Assembly: GCF_009914755.1 (NCBI RefSeq)
Contig: NC_060939.1
DNA: 64,000 bases
Direction: 5' to 3' (one strand)
Source of the DNA: the human T2T-CHM13v2.0 reference genome, Homo sapiens
Shown: piece after piece, positions 13,990-26,883 of the stretch
How positions within the stretch are numbered: position 1 is the first letter of the stretch
Layout: every line of letters starts with the position of its first letter
The notes under the pieces: model-generated
What the model was told of the DNA's origin: nothing
The model's database searches: none
The model's input: the letters and a program-made list of their open reading frames with translations, nothing else
Made by a program: the position numbers and the translations under genes

Positions 13990-16480
13990 TTCAGACTTCT
14001 GTAAGAAACTTAACAAACCACAAATAAACATTCTCGTGCTCTATTCCTAACCCCCAGAAATCCTGAGGGAGCACGTGGTAACCTCTGACATATTTCAGTG
14101 ACTCTGAAAGACATACCATCCCAGGCTCTATTCCTGCCCTGGCCAGGAGCCCAGAGAAGGCTTTGTGGATGGATAGGTCCAGCTGGATGCCTGAATAGGA
14201 GTGAGACCCTAGGGTGGACATTTCTATGTTTGGGTAGGACAGAGACATAAGAGAACTAATGATAATGTGACCCTAAAACTCATATTCATTAAATATTTGG
14301 TCAAGAGTTGTTTGGTGAGGGTGAACATAAAACTATTCTGTATTGGAAAAATATATGCATCTCCATTTTTACTGTGAAATATGGGGAATGTACTTCTCAT
14401 GTTTTTCTGCATATACTCCTGATATATGATCTGAAAAGTCTGTAACATTTTAATTGTTTCAAAATATTTATTTCACAAATGTTCCAATGTTTATAACTTG
14501 TGACACCTCCAACTCCCTGCAGATAAAGGTAACAAAACTTTTTTCATTTATCTGTCATTTAAAATTTTCCTACAGTGCTTTATATAAGGAAGTCTTAAAG
14601 CATAAAAATACATTCACAATCATAAAAAACAATTAAAGGTTTGGAAAATAAAATGATTTACTTACTGTCCATTAACGTTGTTTACTTCCAGAATGTCAGC
14701 GTCCTGGTGACCCCGACCTCTGGCGGATGTCCTTGGTGTTCACAGGGCAGCAATGTGTGCTTGGGTACATTGTTGTAGAAGGACAACATGGAAATACAAC
14801 TTGCCAGTGAACATGTTTAATCCTCTCCTATGTTGTGGTAGTTTTTCAAATAATTTGTCCATCTCCCCTGGCTTATGACTTTTTCTCTTACTGATGCATA
14901 GAGGTCTCTTATGTAATCTAGTTATAAAAGTTGCTGATATCTCCACCAAGATGGCTTTCCTTTCCTTTTCACTATTTTTTTACGCTACCTTTTGCTGATT
15001 TTATACCACTGGGATTTACTTTAGAAAGGATTTAAAATAGAGATTTAGCTGTCATTTTTTCAAATGTTAGCCAAATATTGCAACACAATATTTTCAATGT
15101 TTCAACTTTATCCTATTTAGAAGATTCCAAATTGCTTGAATAACTTTTGATGTACACTTGGATGAAACACAAATCTAATTTTTTATCTTATTATTCATAT
15201 TTATAGAATCTTCAGAAGTAATCAACTAGAAAATCTGTAAATCAGAATCTTTGTAGGTACCAGCAGTCAAAAGTTCTTCCAATGAAACCACTTTTGGCAG
15301 ATTTTTTCTCATAATGTAATAACAGCTAAATTCAGGATAAATTTTGAGGGAATATTTTTCTAATTGACCATTCTTGTCATTTAAAGTCTTTTTTTCTGAT
15401 GCAAAATTTTAGCCATTTTATATCATTCATTTAAGTAAACCTTTCTTAGGCTGCCCTATCTGACTTATTTATGGAGATTCCAACATGGCAGGTCCCCAAG
15501 AAAAGTTTTATTTCCCCGAGACTGTGATTACTGGTTGGGATAATGGGTCTGGGGAAATGGTGAGTTAAGGGGGAGCACCTCAGCGTCCGAGTTCTTTGCT
15601 GTGGTCAGCCCTTCTCGTCAACGGAATCATCTGACATCTAACATCAACAGAAACATCTAACGAGAGCACTAACACCTCCTCCTTGAAGGAGAGGAGTAAA
15701 TCCCAAACACATCCGAATGGACCGCTTTAAAATGATTTTCATTTCCATTTGAGTTATCTTTGTTGGGACAGTCTTCTTTCAATCAGGTTACAGCGCCATC
15801 TAGCATTCAAAACTGGGAGTCCTGGGCGAGAAGTGAACTGCTTCAGAAATGCCCTGGGAGCCGCTGGGGAAAGAGGTGCTGAATTGGAGCAGCTGGGTAG
15901 AGAGGTCAGGCCGACCGGACTCAGCATAGATGCAGTGGGGCTGAAGCCGAGGGTCTGAAGGCAGGGTGATGATGGACATCAGTGGAACAGGAATCTAAAA
16001 CTGACCTGTGATTCTCATAGTTAAGGCAAATGGTCAAATAATCCAGCGTTGCTTAAAGTTATTAATGAGTGTCCTATGGTCAATTCCCCTTCTTCATTTA
16101 ACTTAAAATTTGTGATCCTTTTTACAAATTGATCAGCATCCACAAAGGGTTTGATGCCTCTACAAATGTAATCAAAAGTGACTATAGAACAGGTTATTTT
16201 TAAATTATCAGTGAAATTTAAAATTGTTCTACTTTGTAAAATATCAGCTTATAGATCCTGCATTCTTTTTTCACCTCTATGATATGCAGTATCACATACA
16301 CTGTATTTTGTTGTCAGCCATCTATTTATAATTAGATCATTGCTAATTTTTCCACTATCACAAACAATGTTGCATTGGGACATTCTTATTCTCTCCTCTT
16401 TAAAATATTATTTATGGAAAAATAAAATGGTTAAGTCTAAGTGTAGGCGTATTTTACATATTGCAAGCTGTTAAAAAAAT
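13990..16480. repeat. Ancient local duplication unit, copy A
   Basis: Colinear matches to 22.0-26.5 kb and 27.0-28.6 kb (see findings). Confidence 0.65.
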
Positions 16481-17084
16481 ATCTCTCCCAGAAGAGGCTT
16501 CTCTCAGGTCACATGAACAGAACCAAGGGTCCCAGGTAGCCTTGCCCTGATCTCAAAAAGGGAACTACAACTCCTGCCAGTCTCCATTGCTCATTCTAGG
16601 CAGCTGATCCCTTGAAGGCCTCCCTGGCTGTGGGACAGAAGTGGACTTCTGAGGACAGGCTCTGTGATTCAGACATGTAGAGACCAAAATATTAAAACTG
16701 AGGCCACCAATTGTGAAATTGAGGCCTTCTAGGGAAAACAAGTTCATGCCCTAATGTGTGCACATTTGGTTCCAGGGAAGCAAGGTTGGTGAACATCGTG
16801 TAGGATGGCTTCCTGAGGCAGGAAGAGGAGAGTGGCAGCAAGCCTGCACCTCCCTCTTCTGGAGTTGTCTTTCTGGTGCCTGTACAGACTTAATTATTCT
16901 TGACAAAGTCTTCATTGTGACGGCATTACCCTCTTTGTGCACACACACAAAAAAAGAGTTTGGGAAGATTGTTTCTGAGCCTAAGAATTTTGCTATGCCA
17001 CTTTTTTCTTTTGCTATTTCTCCCAATCAACTCACGCTTCCTAAACTGTTATTTCATATTAAGTGTCTTAACCTTGAGACCTAA

Positions 17085-17720
17085 GTATTCACTTATTTAA
17101 AAATATTTCTCAAATACCCCTTACATATGAAGCACTGTCCCAGGAGCTTGGAATATATTAGTGTGCAAACTAAAGCTACCTGATCTCATGGAGTTTACAA
17201 TCAGAATTTATACTACTATGCATTTGTATTTTATGTATATTAAATTATATCGTAGGTAAGAAGTCAATGAGAGCGGTGAACAAAGTGCATGAAGGTAAGA
17301 TGACTAGAGTACTTGATACCTCAGGTTTCAAAAGTAAATAGGGTGACCAAGACAGGATTCAGTTGAATTGAGCTTTGAGCAAAAACTTGAAGGAAATGAA
17401 AGAGTTAATCAACAGATGCAGAGTGGAGTGTGTCCTAGGGAGGGCAAAAGCCCTACTAGAGAGCTCATTTTTCAAGGGTTCTGCAAGGCCAGCGTGGCTG
17501 GAGTGCAGCTGACCTCGGAGGGTCATTCTTAGTGCGAAGGGCATGCCAAGGAATCTGGCTTCCACTCTGAGCCGAATACATGGCCATTGCAGGGTTTGAA
17601 CAGAGAGGTTGCGCATGGTCTCATTCTCATTCAGCTGTATGAATGATATAGCTAGAGGGAGGGGCAGGGGTGGAAGCAGGGAGACATTTTTTGAAGCTCC
17701 AGGGAGAGATGATGAGGCTC
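17085..17720 (-). mobile_element. L2 fragment
   Basis: 'attcacttatttaaaaatattt...gcactgtcccaggagcttggaata...ctcatggagtttacaatc', typical of an antisense L2 3' end. Confidence 0.7.
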
Positions 17721-18329
17721 CGATCAGGTTTCACCTGTGTCAGATTCCGTCTTCCTGCCATTCAGTCTGATGAAACTGTGTGGTTATGCGTTCCTGATAG
17801 AGGTGTGAAGAAGCAATCTAGGGAAGCTCTCCCTACAGTCTGTGTAAGAGAAACCCTATACCTTAAGAAGTATTGAACTGACGTGAGAAATAGGAGCTTT
17901 GCTGTGTTAGCCCAGATCTGTGCTTCCCAGAGAAGTCTTGTTTAGCTGGGTCTCTGAGACAGGATGATGAAAGTGTGGTTTATAACATGGCCAGTTTGAA
18001 ACCAGACTGTTTAAACATGAGCTGATTAGGGAAATGTGGTTCTTAGCCTAAGAAGAGTTAGGGAACAGCAGGGTAAGGATTTAGCGAGGACACAGAAGCG
18101 GGGAGGGGACGAGCAGGGACACTTGTGCTTTCTGCCTCTCCTTTTCTTGCTCCAAAACTCTGCTTTTGAATTGAGTCATCCCCTTCAATAAGACTCCCTT
18201 CAAAAGTAACTAGGCCTTCCGCCTGTGCTTCTGTCCTGACTTCTTGTATCTGTGAGATGTTAAAATCCAGAATAAGCTCAGTGTCTCATGGCTGTAGATG
18301 TGTAAATTTTAAGAACTGGTGGTAACAGT

Positions 18330-18621
18330 GACCCGGTGCACCTGTAATCCCAGCTTTTTGGGAGGCTGAGGTGAAAGGATGGCTTGAGGCCAGGAGTTCA
18401 AGACCAGCCTGAGCAAAATAGCGAGGCCCCCTTCTTCACACAAATAAAAAGAACTAGTTGAGTGCAGTTCAGATGCCTGTAGTCTCAGCTACTCAGGAGG
18501 ATGAGGTGGGAGGATCGCTTGAATCTGGGAGTTTGAGGCTGCAGGGAGCTGTGATCCCGTTACCACACTCCAGCCTGGGCGACAGAACAACCTTGTCTCT
18601 AAGGTTAAAAAAAAGAAAAGA
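18330..18621 (+). mobile_element. Alu (AluJ-like)
   Basis: 'ggaggatcgcttgaatctgggagtttgaggctgcagggagctgtgatc'. Confidence 0.9.
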
Positions 18622-18879
18622 AACACTGGTTACCCGAAGCAGAAAAGGCAAAGCCAGTTGCAGGCCCTTAAGATGACATCTCTAGGGAGGAAGACTAAGG
18701 AGCTTTGAAGAATTCAGAGTGAAGAGAATCACAACCCAAGAAAGCCCTGTTTCAAGAAATCTGAGCCGATCTGACCTCGACCTACTGTCAGCACACTTTC
18801 CTGTTCTAAGATCTGTCCATCTGGGGATGGGGACAGGTGCTTAGGTGATGTCGCAGCAACACAGAACGTTCAAGCCACA

Positions 18880-19560
18880 TTTGCGTAGGGAAACGGGTCT
18901 CACAGGGCCACCATTTTGAAAGGCCTTCATCCACCAGGCCACAGCTAGTGTCAATCACCTGGGAGGAGAGGTGGGAGGAAATGGGTGGAGATCAACTAAT
19001 AGCCCAGAGGCAGGGGGGCCTTCTGGCGCATGCGCAGTCTCTCCACCGCACTGCAGGGGTCGGCTTCAGGAGGGAAGGGGTTTCTTGGCGCATGCGCACT
19101 CTTTATACACTGCAGGGGCTAGCTTTGCTCGAGGAGGGGGCTTCCTGGCGCCTGCGCACTATTCTTACAGCATTGCAGAGTCCACTTTGCGGCTGCGCTA
19201 GTTTGGCAACTTCCAGAAAGCTCGAGGGCTGGGAGGGGGGATCAGGAGGGGGTATTGGCCTGTCATTCTAGCCACAAGTGTTCCTTTTCTGATTTGTTAC
19301 TGCGCCGGCAGGCGGCAAGCAAGTGTCAGAGGCATTGCCCCGTTCTGTTCTCTGACAACTTCTAATTGGGAAGTTTGTTAGGACTTGGAAATACGCTGTG
19401 CGGGTCACCAAAGTAGCATTAGAGTCAAATAACAGACCCTAATTTTGGAAAGAGAGCAGCTGCATGAAGGCAATGTGGGTAGATTGACAGGCCGGAAGTG
19501 AGCCGTCCTAGGGAAGCCTCGCCACAGCATCTGAGCCCTGCGCCCACCACCTTCTCTTCG
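18880..19560. promoter_or_regulatory. CpG-rich promoter-like region with three NRF1 motifs, an ETS/GABPA motif and a YY1-like motif
   Basis: GCGCATGCGC at 19026 and 19088, GCGCCTGCGC at 19148, CCGGAAGTG at 19492, CCATTTTG at 18911. Confidence 0.7.
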
Positions 19561-19574
19561 CTGGGGGCTCCATC

Positions 19575-19710
19575 CTCAGTGGCCAGGGCTGATTGAACTT
19601 GTTAGAAACCAGATGCCTGGTCCACTCCTGCCCTGTCAGTCAGAAATTCTGGGAGTGGACCCGCCGATGTCTAACAAGCCCTGCGAGTGATTTTGATGCG
19701 TGCACTTGAG
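19575..19710. mobile_element. MER5-like DNA transposon (hAT-Charlie) remnant
   Basis: 'cttgttagaaaccagatgcctgg...cagaaattctgggagtggaccc...taacaagccctgcgagtgattttgatgc'. Confidence 0.7.
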
Positions 19711-20284
19711 CTGGACACTGGGGCGGGGTGCTGACACTGGGGTGGGAGAGCTTGTGGTGGAAGCAGCCCAAAGAAAACTAGAAACTTTTCATTTCCAGGA
19801 TCTCACTCTGAAGAGTCTCCCCTCCCAGCCTGGCTGAACTCCTGCGCTTTCTGAGAGGGAGTAGTGGCAGGAGAGGGACAGTCTGCCCGTCTGAAGCTTG
19901 TGTGCTATTGCTGTATTATGAAATCTCTGTTCCTGTGCCTCTCATGGCTGTATCAAAAGTGAGGATTCTGAGGGAGATTAGGAAGAGGCGATGCGTTTTT
20001 GAAGGCCTCTCACTAACTGCTCATTCTGTTCTGCTCTTTCCTCCCTGCTCTAACTGTGGCATTTTGCCTTATTATCGTGGCTTCTCCCTCATCTAAGATG
20101 TGGGTTTCGAAAACAGAAACTGGGAAGACTCAAGGACATTACAGATGTAACCTTACCGAAGTCCCGAGTAATTTAATGAGCAGAGATGTGACTGTGTCCT
20201 TGAATGGGGGAAATGAAGAGAAAAATACGAGGTGGAACAAAATAAAGTTATATCCCCAAGTATGTTCGTGCTACATCATTTGGT

Positions 20285-21900
20285 AGGTTTTTGCAGTCAC
20301 TTAGGCAAGAGATGATAGTTGCTTGAATTACTTTAGTGATGAAAAGCACATAAATTTGTTATTCTTTTCAAGGTAGATAGAATTTGAAATAGGAGAGTAG
20401 GTGGAGGGAGTGGGTTATTCAGAAGTATGGAGAATAAACTAGGTGTTGGACCTGCGATACTTATTCTAAAGGCAATGCCATTTATTGAGATGTAGAATGG
20501 TGGAGTGGGAGTAGCTTTCAAGAAGGAAAAATCAGAGTGCCATTTCTGACTTTTGATGCATGAAAGAAATCTGAAAATTCAAGTGGGTTTCAAGTTAGCT
20601 GTAAGATTTGTATGTGCAAAGCTTAGAAGAAGTTTGTATTAGAGATAACAAAACATGGGAGTCAGTCACATGCCTGAATATTTAAAGCCATGATGTATGT
20701 GTTGGTTTTCCCCATCCCCAAAATCAGTGGCTTAAAGTATTAATAATTTGTTATTTAAATTCTCTGTGCCTACTTGAGATTGTGCATGAGAAATAGTTTT
20801 ATTTTCCCACCCAGCACATTCTGGTTCCTCTGTGTTTCCTCTAAATTTTGCCTATGTCCTAAGCAACTATTTCTTTAGCTCATCATTTTTTGTTGTTGTT
20901 TTATCTTATGATTAACTAAAGTCAATTGATGCTTGAAACATTGTACCTGAAAATAATCTTGCCAAGGTCCATGAATCATAGGTAGATCCTTCAGCTGGTG
21001 ATAGTTTTACCAATTTTCCATTTTCCAGCCCATCCATGCCCACAGGAGGTTTGCTCACCTTTTCCTGACAGATTTCCTCACTGTGCTTTTCCTTTATACC
21101 GGCTGCTGCATCTCAGAGCCAGTGCCACAAGCGTATAGATACCCACTTCTAGGTATCTATGTATTTGTCCCATAGCTGTGTGGTGCATATCAATTTATCT
21201 CCCCAAATCAGTGGTTTAAAACAACAGCTACATTTCTAATGATCCTGTGGGTCATCTTAGTGGTTCTTCTGATCTGGGCCATCTCATCTGGCCCTAGATT
21301 GTCTGGAATGGCCTCATATATGTGAACGTTGGCTTGGTGGCAGCTTAGGGATGATTTGGCATTATGTCTGTTATTCTTAAGCAGGCTTGCCCAGTCTGCT
21401 TCATATAACCTCAGAGTTCAAAAGTAGCAGGAGAAGACAAGCCCAAACGTGTAAGCATTTTTTTCTACATCTATAGATGGGTCACATTTGCTATTGTTCC
21501 TAAGCAATGAACTGACCAAAGCAATGAACTTGGCCAGACCCAGAGTCAGTGTGGGAGAGAACAACCCAGTGGATTGGATACAGGGAGTGGAATTATTGCT
21601 GCCACATTTGCATGCATGGAAATGGATTTGTGTAGGGGCTATTACCATATCGAGTATTCCAACGTTTTAGACTTATGAACAGAGGAGGAGGAATCAATAA
21701 ACAAAACTGAGTTAGACAAGTCAGAGAGTTCAGTGAATTACATGGAAAATGGAGGCTCAGAAGCAGAAAGGAGGCTACTTAAAGGGGAGGCTCAGAAATA
21801 CGTGGATGCACACGAGCGGTCAAATAAGACGAGCACTGAGAAGTGTCCACCAGAAGGTTCACAGTGATGTTTGAAAGTTTTATTTCGATGGAGTGAGGGG
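20285..21900. mobile_element. L2 fragments interrupted by a MaLR (MLT1-like) LTR at ~20700-21630
   Basis: L2 motif 'aggcaagagatgatagttgcttgaa'; MLT1 motif 'ccccaaatcagtggtttaaaacaac'. Confidence 0.55.
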
Positions 21901-22789
21901 AAAACACACCCAGAGAGGCATGAATACTTAGCTGCAAATAGGTAGTGTCTGTAGAGTAACCCATTATTGTTCATTATGCATAGACTTTCCTGTGTGGGAC
22001 AAGAATTTTTTTTTAATTCTAACTCAAATTCACTACAAATATTTCAACCACATGAAAAATAATCACAGCATCTATTCTTGATTCATGGCAGTCAGAAAGC
22101 GCATGATAATCTCCAATACATTTCTATGGCTTTAAAAGACATGCCAGGCTCTATTCCTGTCCTGGCTAGAATCCTGGTGATGTAGTTGGTAGATGGATGG
22201 GCCCAGCTGAAAGCCTCAGCATCAAGCACCTTAGGTAGATATCTATGTTTAGAGTGGGAAAACCATGAAGAAATGAAGAACATGATGATACTTTAAGGCT
22301 TTTTTTTTTTTTTTGCAATTTTGTTAATGATTGAGGTATTGAAGACAAAGAGGAAATGATAAATAACAATACAACTTGTTCATTTACTCCTTTCAGTTGA
22401 AATTCAGGAATTTATCTTGTTCTCAGAACGCTCCAAAACATTCTAACTATTTGGATTAGTCTTTTCATTTCACAAATATTTCATCAGGCATAACTGGAAT
22501 TAGCCATACTAGTTAATAACAGTCAAAACTTATTTTATCATTCACACTGGCATTATTTCCAACATTTTTGTAAAGCAGAATATTGAAATGTATACAGAAT
22601 AAATAGAAGGCTGGAAAATTAAAGTATTCATTTATTTCCAATACATGATAGTATACTTTCATTATTTGATTCCAGAATTGCAGTAGTAGTTATAGTCACT
22701 ATGCACAGTATTGTTAAACTCACTTTTATGAATATAGTGATGCATATTTTTTCTAGATTAATGAAATAGTAAATTATTCCCAAAATTAT

Positions 22790-24610
22790 TTATTGTAACT
22801 TTGTTTCTGTGATTTTAAGCTTAAAAAAAAGTTGCAAGAATAGGACAAGGGACTCCTATACTTTCTTTACCCAGATTCATCATTTATATTTTGTTTAAAA
22901 TGCTTCATTTTTGCTTCATTTGATTTATTATTTTTATCATTGTCTTTCTCTATACACATGGATAGATATATGGGTTTGCGTAAACATGTCACACCCACTA
23001 CCCTCCACACACACTTTTTACAAATTATTTGTTAATAAATTAGATAAAGAATGTTCTTTTAATCCTAAATATTTTGGAGTACATTTCCAGTAACACTGAC
23101 ATCCTCTTACATAAATATGGTTCTGGAAATTTAGGATTGATTAAATGCTATTATCTAATTCACAATCTATATTCAAGTTTTGTCACTTGTCACAAGTATG
23201 TCCTTTACAGCCATTAGTTTAGAATCAAGGACAATATGTTGCATTTAACTATCTTTCTTTCAGCACCTTTTCTCTGGAATAAATCTTCAACATTTATTTG
23301 AGAATCATGACTTTTAGGTTTTTGAGGCCTATGGTCACTTATTTTGTGAATTATTTCTCAATTTCTGTTTGTCTAATGTTGTTCCATGATTAGATTTATG
23401 TTATGCATTTTTAGCAAGAATGTTATTGAAGAGATGCTGTGTCCTTTTTAGAGCATCTTTTCAATGAGGCAAATGATGTTGATTTTTACCAATATTGGTG
23501 ATAGTAACTTTGATCACTTGATTAGGATAGATTTCTCCATAATTAACATTTCCATTTTGTAATTAATAAAGGTAATTTGTGGGAAGATACATAGTCACAA
23601 TTTAACTTACTATTTTAGCATAAATTCATGACTTTGTAATTCCTTTATCATTTATCCTTTAGTTATTAGTCGGTATCCTACTGTCTGGAAGAGTTTTACT
23701 TTCACCTTCATTCATTCATTCATTCACTGATTTATATTGGTTTGGACTCATGATTCTCATTTTGATCATTGGGTTAAATCCCTTACTACCTTTTATCTAT
23801 TTTTTAAAATTAAAGTTCTTGTAACACAGTTCTAAATTTACAGAAAAGATGGGAAAGTAGTAAAGAAATTTCCTATGTAGCTACTCAGAGTTCCTCCTAA
23901 AGATAGTCCAGAGTATCTGACACCCAGTTTTGCCCTTACTGACATCTTACATAGGTATGGTACATTTATTACAGTGAATGAACCAATATTGGTGTATTAT
24001 TAACTAAAATGCACACTTATTCAAATTTCCCTGGTGTCCATCTAATCTGTGCTTTGTCTCTTCCAGGATCTCAGTCTGAATTCCAAACCCCATTTACTCA
24101 TCATGTTTCCTTAGGATCCTCTAGACTGTGATGGCTTTTTTAGACTTTCCTTGTTTTTGATAACTTTGACACTTTTTAGAATTACTGGTCAAATATTTTG
24201 TAAAACATCCATCAATTGGGATCTATTTTATGATTTTCTCATTATTAGACTGGTGCTATGGATTTTGAGGGAGAAGGTTCATCAAGATAAACTGCCAGTT
24301 TTATAACATCCTATCAATGGTATATGTTATCAACATGAATTATCACTGTTGATGTTGACCTTCAACACCTGGTTTGGACAATGATTCTCAGGGTTCTCCA
24401 CTGTAAAAGTATTTATTTTTCTCCATTTCCATACTATACTCCTTAGAAGGAAGTCACTATGAGAAGCCCACACTTAAGTCATAAGATATGCTCTACCTCC
24501 TCAAGGGGAGATTATCTATATAAATTATTTGGAATTCTGACTCCTTCAGGCTGGCTTCTGTAGACTTTGACATGTTCCCATGCTTTTTTCCAGCACTTCC
24601 TTACTGGAAT
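22790..24610 (-). mobile_element. Nested L1MC-type 3' UTR fragments
   Basis: 'tttacagaaaagatgggaaagtagtaaaga...acatcttacataggtatggtacatttattaca' and related motifs. Confidence 0.7.
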
Positions 24611-24879
24611 ATTGTTTTCCTTCAAAAATAAATTATTCAGTTCTTTTCTGATTTGTAGTATCTTATTTATATGAGTTTATATACTCACGGGCTACATTCA
24701 GCTTTATACTATTTTTCTATTATCCCTTTTTCACTAGCACTTGTTGACCATGCAAAAGTGACGAATGCATTAGTTAAATCATGAGGCAGGGTCTTCTGTA
24801 AGCCCATAAGCCCCTAGAAATACCCTAAAACAAAGTGGCTAATGGAAGATTTTGCTCATAGCTTAAAAATTGCTAATAT

Positions 24880-25130
24880 TGGGAAATTCGCTTGTGCTTC
24901 AATAATTTGAGGGAAGTGACTGCCTTCTCTATTAAAGTCTTTCAGTTTAAATGTATACCTTTGTTTTTGTTCTCAACCCACAATTTTCCAGCACCTCTTC
25001 CACTACCTCTTCTATCCATTTTCTGCATATTCCAACTGAGATATACCGCAATTAAATCTTCCTCCAGGCTCACTGTTTATTATATTAATATTTCTGTCAC
25101 TTTGGAGTTGGGGAGCCATCCTGTGTCCAT
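24880..25130 (-). pseudogene. Possible highly decayed TCEAL-like (or L1 ORF1-like) coding remnant
   Basis: Frame-broken peptides EPGGRF, SLEE, ..RCW..GLR..K..H.N weakly resemble the TCEAL7/TCEAL8 C-terminus as I recall it; multiple stops. Confidence 0.25.
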
Positions 25131-25166
25131 AAAAATTACTGAATTGTAACAGAAACTGCTCTTAGA

Positions 25167-25214
25167 CATTTGAGTGAGAAGTCATTTGAGTGAGAAGACA
25201 TTTGAGTGAGAAGT
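25167..25214. repeat. 16-bp tandem repeat x3 (CATTTGAGTGAGAAGW)
   Basis: Directly visible. Confidence 0.95.
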
Positions 25215-25694
25215 CAAGAGAGTTTATTTTGCAGCTTTTTCTTAGCACAGGGATAGTGCCCTGCATTCCCCAGTTGCTAAAGCCCTTAAACTCTTCCTGT
25301 GAAAATTTACATTAATTTCTCTTCCTCGAAGAAAATGTGTGAACCCTGAGAACAACTCCATTTTTTAACGTTAAAATCCACTTCATTCATATGTGAGTTG
25401 TCAGTGTTAGAAATTTATGCAACTATCAGAAACCCATGTTGTAGCGCCATCTGTCATCCAAAAATGGAAGAATGAGAGCAAACAAATTTCTAAGAACCCA
25501 GGCTCCCAGCAGCTGCTGTAGATCGTGGTGGTGATTGTGAAGACAGAGTTCGGAGTCCTGGACAGAAACGATTCCAAGGAACCACTGTTGATGGACTTCA
25601 ATGAACAGCAAATTATAATGTCTTTTAAATTATACAATTCGTACAATTTACTGTGAATATTCAAACGTACAGAAGATTACAAATTAAACATTAA

Positions 25695-26039
<345 letters not shown>

Positions 26040-26588
26040 ACTGCATACCATTTTTAACTGTGTTTATGTGTGCATATTTTCCAGTACGTCTACCAATGTA
26101 TCCAAATGAACTTATATGTCTACCTACATAGAGATAGCAATTTAGATGTAGATACAGCTATAAATATAGATATTAGATTTTTCATAATGCTTTCAATGGC
26201 ATTTAACCAGATCTATATCTACTAATGTATATGTTTCTATATATATTTAATAGATTGATCTAGCTATATATATATGTATATATAGCTATATAGGTGATAT
26301 TCACATTTTATTTTCCAAATTGGTTATCTGTAGTATGTCATAGTGCTCTTTCCATATCATTAGATATCCACTGCAGTATTTTTGTTAGCACTTTGTATTC
26401 CAAAATACATATACCCTTCAATTTGCCTATGGCCTATTCATAAAAATTTAGTGTATTTTTATTTTTAAATTTTGCAGAAAATGCTGCAGAAAGCATTCTG
26501 ATGAACCTTACACTTCAGTAATAATAAAATCAGTGAGTCAAAAAAGTATATAGCAATACATACCCTACATTAAAATGTGTATGTAACA

Positions 26589-26883
26589 GACCAGGCATCG
26601 TGGCTCACGCCTGTAATCCCAGCACTTTGGGAGGCGGCAGTGGGTGGATAACCTGAGGTTGGGAGTTCCCGACCAGCCTGGCCTGAACATGATGAAACCC
26701 CGTCTCTACTAAAGATACAAAAAATAGCCGGGCATAGTGGTGGGCACCTGTAATCCTGCTACTCAGGAGGCTGAGGCAGGAGAATTGCTTGAACCCCGGG
26801 GGCGGAGGTTGCAGTGAGCCGAGATCACGCCACTGCACTCCAGCCTGGGCACCAAGAGTGAGACAATGTCTCAAAAAAAAAAA
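26589..26883 (+). mobile_element. AluS
   Basis: Full dimer; 'gtgtatgtaa' repeated on both flanks. Confidence 0.95.

Noticed and set aside
25407-25664. Overlapping minus-strand ORFs with an NHHHD motif reminiscent of the BEX C-terminus
   Set aside because: The rest of the BEX motif is missing, and the segment aligns with the non-coding GC core at 15.8-16.0 kb.
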